Source of the DNA: Vicinamibacterales bacterium
GTDB lineage: Bacteria > Acidobacteriota > Vicinamibacteria > Vicinamibacterales > JAMQPK01
DNA: 64,000 bases
Assembly: GCA_035281225.1 (NCBI GenBank)
Contig: DATEEI010000035.1
Coordinates: 9,607-73,606, forward strand
Reading direction: 5' to 3'
A model generated the notes under the pieces. The model had not been told where the DNA came from, searched no databases, and worked only from the letters and a program-made list of their open reading frames with translations. Below, in pieces: positions 47,383-56,636 of the stretch. Position 1 is the first letter of the stretch. Each line of letters starts with the position of its first letter. A program made the translations under genes and the position numbers.

Positions 47383-48156
47383 ATGAAACCCGTTCTCCTC
47401 GTCGCCATCCTTCTCACAGTCCTAGTACAACCCGCGCGCGCGCAATTGGTCGTGGTCGACCCAGGCAATCTCGCGCAGACCGTTCTGATCGCTGAACGTA
47501 CGCTGCGCGAATACGAGATCTTGTTTGCGCAGTACCAGACGATCGTTCGCATGGCGCGGGGCCTCGGAAACATGGAGGGCTATCGCATTCCGACGATTGC
47601 TGGCGCACGCCATGACCCAAGCCGCTGGGAGTATGGAGGCGAATGGCTGCAGGCCCTGAACAGCGGCGATGCGGATGGTTCGAAGTACTGGCGCAGTACG
47701 CGGCAGATCGAACGGCCTGGTACCACGCTCCGACAGTTGCCGCCGGCGGCTCGCCGCGCCGTAGAACAAGCGTACGCGACCGTCGAAATCACCGACTCAG
47801 TCGCTTCGATGGGCGGACACCAGGTCGCACTCGTGCGCGGGTACGGCGGAGAGCTACAGCAGGCAATTGACGCTCTCGAAAGCGACGTGCTGAATGACCT
47901 GCCCCGCTTCCACGAGATCACGGCCATTCTGGACAAGGTGGCAGCCGGTGAGCTGCTCGGCCGCCGCCAGGACATGGCCACCAATCAGTTGCTCTCCCAT
48001 ACGCTCGAACAACTACTCGTTCGAAGCAAACGCCAGCGAGACACCGAGGCCGCCACGATGAACATGCGCCTCGTCGGCCTGCGCAGTGGACGCGCGGCCA
48101 GTGAAAGCGTGGTACGAGGCGCCGCTAACGACTTACGGACATGGAGGCAGCCATGA
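47383..48156 (+). CDS. TrbJ/VirB5-like secreted T4SS protein (paralog 1)
   Basis: Signal peptide MKPVLLVAILLTVLVQPARA is followed by QLVVVDPGNLAQTVLIAERTLREYEILFAQYQTIVRMARGL, a TrbJ-like N-terminus. The protein ends in NDLRTWRQP. Confidence 0.55.
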   Translation: MKPVLLVAILLTVLVQPARAQLVVVDPGNLAQTVLIAERTLREYEILFAQYQTIVRMARGLGNMEGYRIPTIAGARHDPSRWEYGGEWLQALNSGDADGSKYWRSTRQIERPGTTLRQLPPAARRAVEQAYATVEITDSVASMGGHQVALVRGYGGELQQAIDALESDVLNDLPRFHEITAILDKVAAGELLGRRQDMATNQLLSHTLEQLLVRSKRQRDTEAATMNMRLVGLRSGRAASESVVRGAANDLRTWRQP

Positions 48157-48977
48157 CCCGCGGTATTCCATGGCGTTATCGCCGGATCGTGTTCGGCGTC
48201 TCTGTCGCGGTCTTGAGCGTCGGTTTGGGATCTGCCTGGGCTCAGATCGTCGTCACGGATCCAGTCACCACGGCTCGCAATGCGATGACTGCGGTACTGA
48301 AGAGTCAGATTGTGGAGACGCTAATTGAGCAGCACGGACGCGTTCGCCGCATGGCGCGGCGGCTGAGTGCATTCACGAATCTGGACAAGTATGCCGTTCC
48401 GGATCCGCCAAAGTGGCGAACCCACGGATCGGACGACTTTCTGTTTTCACGGGATTACAACGACGCCTTGATCTTCGGCGATGCCGCAGGAAGCGCGTAT
48501 CTCGGCATCAGCCGCTCCGTCGTCGCTGCTCAGGATGCGTTAGCCCGGCTGAGTCCGTCGGCACGCCGCGCGCTGATGGCGCAGCTCGCCACCCTCGACC
48601 TAACCGATGCGACGGTGATCGCGGGAACCCATCAGACCGGACAATTGCGGTTCAACGGGCGGAAGCAGGAGTTGCGGGCAATCGACCTGCTCGAAGCGCA
48701 TGTCATCGATCCTTCGGACGAGCAGAGTGCGACGGCAGTCCTCGACAAGATCAGTGGTGCGGTGCTGATCGAAACACGGCAAAAACAGGCGCGGCTTCAA
48801 CTCCTCACCGCGATCGTGGAGCAGCTGGTTGTCGACAACAAGCGCACGCGCGATACCGAAGCTGCTGTCCTGAACATGCAGCTTGGGCGGCTGCGCGCCA
48901 TCGCCGACTGGAGTGAAGGCGGCAGCGGGTTTCTGAGCGGAGCTGGTAACGACCTGCGTACGTGGCGTCAGCCATGA
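48153..48977 (+). CDS. TrbJ/VirB5-like secreted T4SS protein (paralog 2)
   Basis: The ORF track start is 48141, and ATG at 48153 overlaps the upstream stop (ATGA). The sequence QIVVTDPVTTARNAMTAVLKSQIVETLIEQHGRVRRMARRL is clearly paralogous to 47383..48156. It also ends in NDLRTWRQP. Confidence 0.55.
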   Translation: MTRGIPWRYRRIVFGVSVAVLSVGLGSAWAQIVVTDPVTTARNAMTAVLKSQIVETLIEQHGRVRRMARRLSAFTNLDKYAVPDPPKWRTHGSDDFLFSRDYNDALIFGDAAGSAYLGISRSVVAAQDALARLSPSARRALMAQLATLDLTDATVIAGTHQTGQLRFNGRKQELRAIDLLEAHVIDPSDEQSATAVLDKISGAVLIETRQKQARLQLLTAIVEQLVVDNKRTRDTEAAVLNMQLGRLRAIADWSEGGSGFLSGAGNDLRTWRQP

Positions 48978-48987
48978 GGGAATAGCC

Positions 48988-49827
48988 ATGGAACCACAAC
49001 CACGCCTGGCCATCGTTGGGAGCATCCAGCAGGCCATCACCGCTCTGCTGACGACGTACGAACCCGAGTTCCTGCGGTTTGGGTACTCACTGTTCGTATC
49101 TTTCGCTACGATCCTGATTGTGTGGCAGGGCATCAAGATGATGCTGCAGCACGACTCGCTCGGCGACAACGTCTTTGACTTCGCGAAGCTGCTGCTCTTC
49201 ATCTCGTTCGGGTATGCGCTGATCGCCTTTTACGAGTCGCCCATTCCGGGTATCGGCGTGTCGTTCAGCAACCTGATCACCGATCAGGCCCACGTCTTCG
49301 CCAACATTCTGGACGCACGATCCCTCGAACTCGTATTCGACCATCTCGACCAGCTGTGGGGTCATTTCGTTCAGCCGGACGCCTGGTCGATTCTTGCGAA
49401 TCTCCTCTACTGGCTGCTGCTCATCGTAGTCACTCTGGCAAAGGTTATTTCGTTGGCGATTGTAGCGTTCGGCCTGATCGCGAGTGCCGTCTGTGCGTTG
49501 CTGGGGCCCATCTTCGTGCCGTTTTTCATCGTGCCGAAGCTCGATTGGCTGTTCTGGTCGTGGTTCAAGGCGTTCATTCAGTACTCGTTCATGCCGGTCG
49601 TTGCGTTCGCGTTCCTGATGATTTTCGAGCGGTTCATCTTTCAGTACCTGACGACGCTGCCGCAGGGCATCACGGAGGACTACTACCTCGTTTACGGGCT
49701 TCAGGCGCTCGTGATCATCGGCGTCTTCGCGGCTGGAATCCTGCTCGTGCCGACGCTCACGACTTCAATCTTCTCCGGTCGTGGCGGCGGGAGCGTGCTT
49801 CCCGAGCGCCTCAGCTACCGCCTGTGA
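48988..49827 (+). CDS. virB6: VirB6/TrbL-like polytopic T4SS membrane protein
   Basis: 279 aa with about 6 hydrophobic helices. It occupies the usual position between the VirB5-like and VirB8-like genes. Confidence 0.7.
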   Translation: MEPQPRLAIVGSIQQAITALLTTYEPEFLRFGYSLFVSFATILIVWQGIKMMLQHDSLGDNVFDFAKLLLFISFGYALIAFYESPIPGIGVSFSNLITDQAHVFANILDARSLELVFDHLDQLWGHFVQPDAWSILANLLYWLLLIVVTLAKVISLAIVAFGLIASAVCALLGPIFVPFFIVPKLDWLFWSWFKAFIQYSFMPVVAFAFLMIFERFIFQYLTTLPQGITEDYYLVYGLQALVIIGVFAAGILLVPTLTTSIFSGRGGGSVLPERLSYRL

Positions 49828-49839
49828 AGGGGGGACGAG

Positions 49840-49989
49840 ATGCGTTATCAGCGCGAACTTGACACCACCGCCGGGCCGAGATTCACACGTTGGTACGTGA
49901 AAGCCTTTGGCATCGCTGCCGCCATCGGGCTTCTCCTCGGCCTGGTCTGGGTCATCGCCGGCCTGTTGCACTTCAACCCGCTCTGGTAG
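49840..49989 (+). CDS. small single-TM protein (49 aa), not in the ORF track because it is under 60 aa
   Basis: Hand translation gives MRYQRELDTTAGPRFTRWYVKAFGIAAAIGLLLGLVWVIAGLLHFNPLW*. ATG at 49840 is preceded by GAAGGGGGGACGAG. It exactly fills the gap between the virB6-like and virB8-like genes. Confidence 0.4.
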   Translation: MRYQRELDTTAGPRFTRWYVKAFGIAAAIGLLLGLVWVIAGLLHFNPLW

Positions 49990-49998
49990 GAGCCATTT

Positions 49999-50700
49999 AT
50001 GTCCGCCACCGTCGCCGACCTCAACCCGAAAACGATCGAAAACGCGAAGCGACAGTTTGTCGAGCTGTACGGCTCCGCATTGGTGATGAACACTTACCTC
50101 AAGCTTGCCTTGCTCCTCGCCTGTCTCCTCGCCCTTGGTCTGCTGGTCTTGAACTTTCGGACGCAGGCCGCTGCCGCCAACGTGAAGCCGCTGGTAGTCC
50201 GGATCGACGACGTGGGAAGGGCGGAGGTGGTGCAGTACGACGCAAGCGCGTACCGTCCGCAGGCGCCAGAGCTTCGTTACTTCCTGACGCAGTTCGTCGT
50301 GAAGCACTTCAGCCGTATCCGAGCGACGGTTCAGCGGGAGTATTCCGATTCGCTCTTCTTCCTTGATGGGCAGCTGGCAGACGCCACGATCGCCCAGAAC
50401 GAACAGAGCCGCGCGATGGAGACGTTTCTGACGAATCCGTCGGCCGACGAAGTGGACATCATCGTTCAGAACGTGAGCCTGAGTGAGCTGACGAAGCCTC
50501 CATACAAGGCATCTGTAGCGTTTCAGAAGGTTTTCTACACCCCTGGGACGCGCACAGAACGAGGGCAGCAGACATACGTCGCTCAGATTGACTTCGTGAT
50601 GCGGGATCACGTGCCCAACGAATTCGTGCGTGTGAACCCGCTGGGACTCCAGATCACGTACTTCCGCGTGGACCAGGCCTTCGAGGAGATACGGCGGTGA
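49999..50700 (+). CDS. virB8: VirB8/TrbF-like T4SS protein
   Basis: An N-terminal TM segment LKLALLLACLLALGLLVLNF is followed by an NTF2-like periplasmic domain (LRYFLTQFVVKHFSRIRATVQREYSDSLFFL ... YVAQIDFVM). RBS GGTAGGAG. Confidence 0.75.
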   Translation: MSATVADLNPKTIENAKRQFVELYGSALVMNTYLKLALLLACLLALGLLVLNFRTQAAAANVKPLVVRIDDVGRAEVVQYDASAYRPQAPELRYFLTQFVVKHFSRIRATVQREYSDSLFFLDGQLADATIAQNEQSRAMETFLTNPSADEVDIIVQNVSLSELTKPPYKASVAFQKVFYTPGTRTERGQQTYVAQIDFVMRDHVPNEFVRVNPLGLQITYFRVDQAFEEIRR

Positions 50701-50996
50701 TCAAGAACACGGCCTTCCTCGCGGCGCTGACAGTGTTTCTGCTTGCATCATGGCTCGCAGGTGAACTGAGTTTTCTCGCCCAGTACAAGGTCGCCCTCTT
50801 CCGGTATTACGGCATGGCCATCGCGGTTGGGGCTCTGCTCGTTTTCTTCAACCTGTGCGCGGCCTACTACGGCCTCGCACGATGGCTCTTTCTGCGCGAT
50901 ACCGGGCGCAAGCTCATGCACGTTGATCGACAGCTGATTGCCTCTGACGGCGTCCACCAGGACTTGCCGGTCGAGGAATGGTCGGCCCGACGGTGA
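50697..50996 (+). CDS. small two-TM membrane protein
   Basis: Its GTG start overlaps the virB8 stop (GTGA). It has two hydrophobic helices. No family recognised. Confidence 0.45.
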   Translation: MIKNTAFLAALTVFLLASWLAGELSFLAQYKVALFRYYGMAIAVGALLVFFNLCAAYYGLARWLFLRDTGRKLMHVDRQLIASDGVHQDLPVEEWSARR

Positions 50997-51002
50997 CGAC
51001 GT

Positions 51003-51908
51003 ATGTGGGACGAACTAGACCCTCGCTCTTTCGACAGCCGGGACCGCGAGAACGATCCCCGCGACGCTGAACCAGTCGACCCACGGGACGTGTTCACCCA
51101 GGGACTCGATTTGCCTCGCGGCTTGGAACGGGAGCGTGTCCACGTGCACGACCACGACTATGAGCTGCGGGGCTCGGAGGTGCGGACTCTGGCGACGATC
51201 GGCGCGTTTCGCGTCGTGCCTCTAAGCGATCTCCACAACCACGACGGGCGCGCGGCCGACCTGTGGCATGGAGACCTTGATCGCCTCCGTTCGGCGGGAC
51301 TCATCAGGGTGGCCGGGCATCTGGATCATGAGGACCGCACGCCGCTTCTGACGCTCACGGAACGCGGCCGTGAGCTGCTCGACAGCCATCGCACGCCGGA
51401 GTACGAGCGGGGCCAAACCTTCTATGCCGGCCTGGTCAGAAGCCGCGAAGTGCGGCATGACTCGCACGTCTTTCGAGCCTATCTACGGAGCGCCGAACGG
51501 CTTCGTGCAAAGGGCGCTCTCGTCCATCGCGTCGTCCTCGATCACGAGCTCAAGCGTGAGTACCAGCGGTTCCTCCAAGAGCGAAATCGCGATCGGCCGG
51601 ACAGTGACGGACGTCCTGACCGCACGCGCGAAGAGATTCAAGATTGGGCACATGAACACGACCTGCCGATGGACGAAGACGGCGTGCAGTTTCCTGACGT
51701 GCGGATCGAATACGAGCTGCCAGACGGCCGCCGGGATGTGGAAGACGTAGAGGTCACGACGCCGCATTACCGAGGTGCACACGCGGCGGCGAAGGCCCGC
51801 GCGGGCTTTAGTCGATATCGCGCTGGCGGCGGCCGCGTTGGCGGTCGGAGCGGCCGTGGCGGTGGGCGGTCTTCAGATGTACGGCTTGCGGAGGAGCTGC
51901 TGGAATGA
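51003..51908 (+). CDS. hypothetical protein, possibly of the replication-relaxation (Replic_Relax-like) family
   Basis: It has an acidic N-terminus, then LATIGAFRVVPLSDL ... LRSAGLIRV (wHTH-like), then HDSHVFRAYL ... FPDVRIEYELPDGRRDVEDVEV (nuclease-like D/E-K pattern). The assignment is from memory only. Confidence 0.4.
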   Translation: MWDELDPRSFDSRDRENDPRDAEPVDPRDVFTQGLDLPRGLERERVHVHDHDYELRGSEVRTLATIGAFRVVPLSDLHNHDGRAADLWHGDLDRLRSAGLIRVAGHLDHEDRTPLLTLTERGRELLDSHRTPEYERGQTFYAGLVRSREVRHDSHVFRAYLRSAERLRAKGALVHRVVLDHELKREYQRFLQERNRDRPDSDGRPDRTREEIQDWAHEHDLPMDEDGVQFPDVRIEYELPDGRRDVEDVEVTTPHYRGAHAAAKARAGFSRYRAGGGRVGGRSGRGGGRSSDVRLAEELLE

Positions 51909-52882
51909 CCTGGCAGGAGCGGGTCGATGCCGTCCGGCTTATGGGGTTCACGGAGCGCCAAGCCGGCTTCCTCGTCACCGTGATGCTCTATGCCGGCGTC
52001 TGTTTCGGCCGGCACTACTGCACCTACGGGCGAATTGCGTACGGCCAGAAGATGCATGACTTCTTCCAATCTCTGCTGTCGCGGGGTTTCGCAACGGCGC
52101 GAGGCTGCGGTCACAACCGCGCCCGCCTGTACCACATCCACTACAAACCTCTGTACAGGGCAATCGGCGAAGCGGACAACCGCCATCGCCGGTCGATAAG
52201 CCTTGGCCGTGCCCTCGAGCGGCTGATGGTGCTCGACGCGGTGATCACCGACCCAGACCGGACGTGGCTGGCCACCGAGCAAGAGAAGCTCCAGCATTTC
52301 ACGCTCACGCACAAGATCCCTCGTCGCGATCTGCCAGTGCTGACGTTCCGCGCCGACGACGCCGAGACGCCGCGGTACTTCCCGGAAAAGCTGCCCGTCG
52401 GTTTCGATCGGGAGCGAGGCAACCACATCTTTCTCTATGTCTTGACGAAGGACCTGCCGATCGACTTCCGCGCCTTCTTGGAACGGCATGCGGAGCTGCT
52501 CCGCGCGTTGCCGGCCTGGACGTTGCGGCTGCTGGTGCCGCGCCATAAGACCCAGGCGATTCCCCAGTATCAGGCAGCCTTTCGCGAACAGCTGACAAAG
52601 CCGCTGGAGCCGTCAGTGCTCGACGATCTTCGTTGGTACTTTCACGCGCGTCGAGCACGGCTCAAGGGTCCGCACGAACGATTCGATCAGGCGGCGCGAG
52701 CGTTTCGCGCCCCGCGGTTCAAAGCGCTGTATCGGGCCTGGCTCGAGCGCGGTGAACCTGCACTCGATGCCACGTTATCTCCCGTCCTTGGCGACCACGT
52801 CGCGTGGGGAACGGGTCAGTTGGAGTGCCATGTCCTGCCTCACCCTTATGCGCGTCTCTTGTCTCTCGTCGGCACGTCGTAA
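51905..52882 (+). CDS. hypothetical protein (325 aa)
   Basis: Its ATG overlaps the upstream stop (ATGA). The N-terminus MTWQERVDAVRLMGFTERQAGFLVTVMLYAGVCFGRHYC is a possible wHTH. No family recognised. Confidence 0.45.
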   Translation: MTWQERVDAVRLMGFTERQAGFLVTVMLYAGVCFGRHYCTYGRIAYGQKMHDFFQSLLSRGFATARGCGHNRARLYHIHYKPLYRAIGEADNRHRRSISLGRALERLMVLDAVITDPDRTWLATEQEKLQHFTLTHKIPRRDLPVLTFRADDAETPRYFPEKLPVGFDRERGNHIFLYVLTKDLPIDFRAFLERHAELLRALPAWTLRLLVPRHKTQAIPQYQAAFREQLTKPLEPSVLDDLRWYFHARRARLKGPHERFDQAARAFRAPRFKALYRAWLERGEPALDATLSPVLGDHVAWGTGQLECHVLPHPYARLLSLVGTS

Positions 52883-53104
52883 CGCTGTGTGGCTGAAGAG
52901 ACACGGGAAGAGAACCGGGGGGAGTCTCTTCCCTTGGATGGTGGGTCTCCATCGCGATCCGAGTGGGTGCTGGACAACCAGCATTCGACGGGTGCGAGCT
53001 GGCGCTTATCGTCACGCCTTCACGAAGTTAGGCGCCGCAGCGCGCCCGTTCTCCGCTGCGAACGGGCGGCGTTTTGTGCCGCCCGCGATTCGGGCGATAG
53101 GACA

Positions 53105-53187
53105 GCAGACAGGACGTGAGCGACCCCGCCTCTTGAACGCGCGGTCATCCCAGACGCGATCCGCGGGGTCGCTCACGTCCTGTCTGC
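53105..53187. repeat. 25-bp perfect inverted repeat with a 33-nt spacer (candidate oriT or structured element)
   Basis: The left arm GCAGACAGGACGTGAGCGACCCCGC (53105..53129) is the exact reverse complement of 53163..53187. Two overlapping, mutually exclusive hairpins precede it: CGCCCGTT/AACGGGCG (53042..53067) and GGGCGGC/GCCGCCC (53063..53083). Confidence 0.9.
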
Positions 53188-53333
53188 CGGTGTTCTTCTT
53201 ATCTTCCTGCGGCTCGGGACCCGCTCGTCATCGTGACAGTGAGCCCACCCGCAGACCGGCGTCATCCGCTACGCCACATGGCCAGCGAGTGAGGCGCCAG
53301 ACCCGTCGTTAGACCTGTTTGTGAGGAGCTGTT

Positions 53334-53639
53334 ATGTCGCTCATCAAACCGAGGACACGAGGCAGACAACGCGTCCAGCACCGCACTCGCCTGGATCGCG
53401 AAAACCACGAGACGTTGTACGCATATGCCGCGTTCATCAATGAAGACTCGGAGTATGTGCTCAACGAGCTGATCGACACGGTGCTCGCGAGGGACAAGGA
53501 CTACATGAAGTGGCGCGCTGAGCACTCGGAATCCTTTGCGCCACGCGGCGTGGCTGCACGCGCACGGCAGCGTCCCGTGGCTCGCGACGCAGCTACCGCG
53601 CGCGCGTCGGCCTCCGGCCTAGGTGACGCTCGCGTCTAG
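53334..53639 (+). CDS. small hypothetical protein upstream of the coupling protein (possible relaxosome accessory or DNA-binding protein)
   Basis: ATG at 53334 with GAGGAG upstream. The protein is 101 aa with a basic N-terminus, KPRTRGRQRVQHRTRLDRENHETLYAYAAFINEDSEYVLNELIDTVLARD, which is helix-rich and RHH-like. Confidence 0.5.
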   Translation: MSLIKPRTRGRQRVQHRTRLDRENHETLYAYAAFINEDSEYVLNELIDTVLARDKDYMKWRAEHSESFAPRGVAARARQRPVARDAATARASASGLGDARV

Positions 53640-53652
53640 AAGAGCTGTCGTC

Positions 53653-55638
53653 ATGCTGCACGCAATTCTCGGTGCACGCGTTCTGTTAGCGATGGTCGTG
53701 GCGGCCTGTGTGGGCACTTGGGGCCTGCTCGTGTATCCAGTTCAACCGGACAACGCGTTCCTGGCGTTGATTCAACTTGAACGGCCCCTCGTGTTCCACA
53801 TCCTCTCGTACGGGTACGCCACGCTCTGGTTCACGACACCGTTCCTCATTGCGTCCCTCCTCACCTCCGTGATTGCGATCGTGGCGTACCGATACCCGCA
53901 GTCGACGCCGACGCGTGCGCTCCCGCCATACGCACCGCCTGAGTCCAGGCCGGCTCCCAGCCTGGTGCTCGGCGAGACGCATTTTGGGCGACGGCCGGGT
54001 CGGTCACCGGCGCCCACGTGGCTGACGATTCCGCAGCGCGGCTTGTACACCGGCGTGATGATTCTGGGCGCCGTCGGATCTGGCAAGACGTCGGCGTGCA
54101 TGTACCCGTACGTGCAGCAGCTTCTGCGGTGGCGCGCGGACGACCCCGCACAGAAGCTTGGTGGGCTGGTGCTCGAAGTCAAAGGTGACTTCTGCTGCCA
54201 AGTGCGCAGCATGCTCGCAGCCGCGAATCGCGAAGGCGATTATCTCGAGATCGGGCTAAACACTGGCGTCTGCTACAACCCACTGCACAACGACCTCGAT
54301 CCGTACGCGGTCGCATACGCCATCGGGAGTCTGCTGAACAACTTGTTCGGCAAGTCGAAGGAGCCATTCTGGCAGCAGGCATACACCGATCTGCTCAAGT
54401 TCGTGATCTCGTTGCGCCGCATCACGGACGGGTACACGACGCTGGCGGAGGTGTATCGCTACATCATCGAGGACAGCCGGATCGACAAGAACATCCGCAC
54501 GCTCGAGGACCAATTCAGGGAACCGGCACCGGTGATCGTCATCGAAGCCGAATGGCTGCAGGGAGATGTCAAGCAAGCATGGACGTTGTGGACGTGGCTG
54601 GGCCAGACGCACGCCGCGCACCCATACGATGCGGAGTTGGAATCGTACCTCGCCGAGCGAGGGGTCCCATTTGAGGTCCGAACGGGCAGCGCGGCGATCT
54701 CTGCAGATCGTCGGCACCGTCTAGAAGCCATTCAGCGGTGGTACAACCACACCTGGAGAAAACTCGATGGCAAGGTGAAGGCCTCCATCATCGAGGGCAT
54801 CGTGGTATTCCTGTCGCTCTTCGACGAGAGCCCGGATGTGTACCGCGCCTTCTGCCCAGAACGGTCCGCGTATATCAACCCGCCTCGACCCGGGGAGCCT
54901 CGACCGCTTCCACCGCTTGAAGATCTCCTTGAGAGTGGTCATGTCCTCGGGTTGAACTTCCCGGTTGCCATGAACCCTGCGCTGGCGCGTGGCCTCGGCG
55001 TGATGCTGAAGCTGGACTTCCAGCGCGCGGTCCTTCAACGCATTCCTAAGATGGGTGCCAAGCCGGAAGGACCGTGGCGGGACCTACTGTTCATCGCCGA
55101 CGAGTACCACGCGTTTGCGACAGTTGGTGAAACGGACCCTACCGGCGACGAACGCGCATTCGCGTTGTCTCGTCAGGCACGCCTCATCCCCATCGTGGCG
55201 ACGCAAAGCGTGTCATCGCTTCGCTCCGCGCTCGGCAGCGATGAGGGATGGCGCACCCTCATGCAGTGCTTCCGTACGAAGGTCTTCCTGGCGACGAGCG
55301 ACGAGTTCACGGCTCGCACCGCAGCAGAGTTGTGTGGCCGCGCGGACCGACTCAAGGCGCGGTACTCATTGACGGAAGGCGGACAGGACGCGCACATCTC
55401 GCTGCTCACCGGGTCCGCCACTGCAGCTAAGCACAGTCTGAGTGCGAGCAAGACGTACATGGTGGAGTCGGATTACGTGTTTCAGCCGCGCGTGTTCACG
55501 GAGTTGCAGCACGCGCAGGCGATCGCATTGCCGTATGACGGACTCAATCCTCTTCCAGCGCAGTACTGCTACTTGAAGCCGCACTACCTGGATGTCCAAA
55601 CCAGTTACTTCGATCACGTGGCTGGAGGGACGTTATGA
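53653..55638 (+). CDS. virD4: type IV coupling protein (VirD4/TraG/TraD-like)
   Basis: The ORF track start is GTG 53623, and ATG at 53653 lies just past the upstream stop. The protein has N-terminal TM helices. Walker A reads VMILGAVGSGKTSACMYP and Walker B reads LLFIADEYHAFATVG, followed by IPIVATQSVSSL. Confidence 0.85.
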   Translation: MLHAILGARVLLAMVVAACVGTWGLLVYPVQPDNAFLALIQLERPLVFHILSYGYATLWFTTPFLIASLLTSVIAIVAYRYPQSTPTRALPPYAPPESRPAPSLVLGETHFGRRPGRSPAPTWLTIPQRGLYTGVMILGAVGSGKTSACMYPYVQQLLRWRADDPAQKLGGLVLEVKGDFCCQVRSMLAAANREGDYLEIGLNTGVCYNPLHNDLDPYAVAYAIGSLLNNLFGKSKEPFWQQAYTDLLKFVISLRRITDGYTTLAEVYRYIIEDSRIDKNIRTLEDQFREPAPVIVIEAEWLQGDVKQAWTLWTWLGQTHAAHPYDAELESYLAERGVPFEVRTGSAAISADRRHRLEAIQRWYNHTWRKLDGKVKASIIEGIVVFLSLFDESPDVYRAFCPERSAYINPPRPGEPRPLPPLEDLLESGHVLGLNFPVAMNPALARGLGVMLKLDFQRAVLQRIPKMGAKPEGPWRDLLFIADEYHAFATVGETDPTGDERAFALSRQARLIPIVATQSVSSLRSALGSDEGWRTLMQCFRTKVFLATSDEFTARTAAELCGRADRLKARYSLTEGGQDAHISLLTGSATAAKHSLSASKTYMVESDYVFQPRVFTELQHAQAIALPYDGLNPLPAQYCYLKPHYLDVQTSYFDHVAGGTL

Positions 55639-56636
55639 GCAGCCTGGACCGCATCCTGCCATTCCTCAAGCCAATCGAGGACCTGCTCGTGGATCCAAGC
55701 GTCACGGAGGTGATGGTCAACGACGGTGGGCGGCGTGTGTTTGTCGAACGGGACGGCGCGCTGGCGACGGTACTTGACCGGACGCTGGAGTCCAGAAATC
55801 TGACCGTTGCGATCAAAAACATTGCACGAGCGTGCGGGGACGAAATCTCGGACGCGCAGCCCATCCTCGATGCACGGCTCGAGGATGGCTCACGCGTCGC
55901 CGCGATGTTCCCGCCGTGTGCAGTCGGTGGACCAGCCCTGACGATTCGGAAGTTCACGCGCCGCTACACCCTTGAGCAGTTGGTCGCCGTCGGTTCAATC
56001 ACGCCTGACGTCTCAGCTGCGCTCGCGGACGCGGTCACGTCGCAGCAGAACATCCTCATCTCGGGAGGAACTGGAACTGGGAAGACCACGCTCCTGAATG
56101 CGCTTGCCGCGCGCATCCCAGACGACGAACGCCTCGTCGTCATCGAGGAGACGGCTGAGATCCATCTCGCCAAGCCCAATCTGCTGCGATTTGAAGCACG
56201 GCGCGCGCAGCTCCCAATGGGCCAGGAAGCGCCGTTGCCAGCCGTGACGATTTCCGATTTGGTCCGGGCATCGCTGCGCCATCGACCTGATCGCATTCTG
56301 GTAGGCGAGGTCCGCGGCCCCGAGGCCTTCGATCTGTTGCAGGCCCTCAACACGGGCCACCTGGGGAGTCTCAGCACTATCCATGCGAACTCCGCTGAGC
56401 AGGCGCTGACGCGTCTAGCGCATTGCGTGCTGACCGCCAACGTTGGGTTGCCTCACCGCAGCACGCGTGAGGCGATCGCGCTGGCCATCCACCTGATTGT
56501 GCATGTTGCACGCGTTGCTGGACAGCGACGCGTGACGCAAGTCCTGACCGTCCGTGAATACGACGGGCAAGCCGATCGGTTCCACCTCGATCCGTACCTG
56601 CCGAACGTTCCCGTCCAGCAAGGAGCATTGGTATGA
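55635..56636 (+). CDS. virB11: VirB11/TrbB-type T4SS hexameric ATPase
   Basis: Walker A reads NILISGGTGTGKTTLLNALA. Other motifs are RLVVIEETAEIHL, RHRPDRILVGEVRGPEAFDLLQALNTGHLGSLSTIHAN. Its start overlaps the T4CP stop as ATGA, with GGAGGG upstream. Confidence 0.9.
   Translation: MSSLDRILPFLKPIEDLLVDPSVTEVMVNDGGRRVFVERDGALATVLDRTLESRNLTVAIKNIARACGDEISDAQPILDARLEDGSRVAAMFPPCAVGGPALTIRKFTRRYTLEQLVAVGSITPDVSAALADAVTSQQNILISGGTGTGKTTLLNALAARIPDDERLVVIEETAEIHLAKPNLLRFEARRAQLPMGQEAPLPAVTISDLVRASLRHRPDRILVGEVRGPEAFDLLQALNTGHLGSLSTIHANSAEQALTRLAHCVLTANVGLPHRSTREAIALAIHLIVHVARVAGQRRVTQVLTVREYDGQADRFHLDPYLPNVPVQQGALV

Noticed and set aside
42486-52546. Long minus-strand ORFs within the T4SS region (42486..43154, 45174..45902, 49765..50610, 51767..52546)
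   Set aside because: All are antisense to plus-strand genes with recognisable VirB-family features and coupled starts. Their compositions are Arg/Gly/Pro/His-biased.
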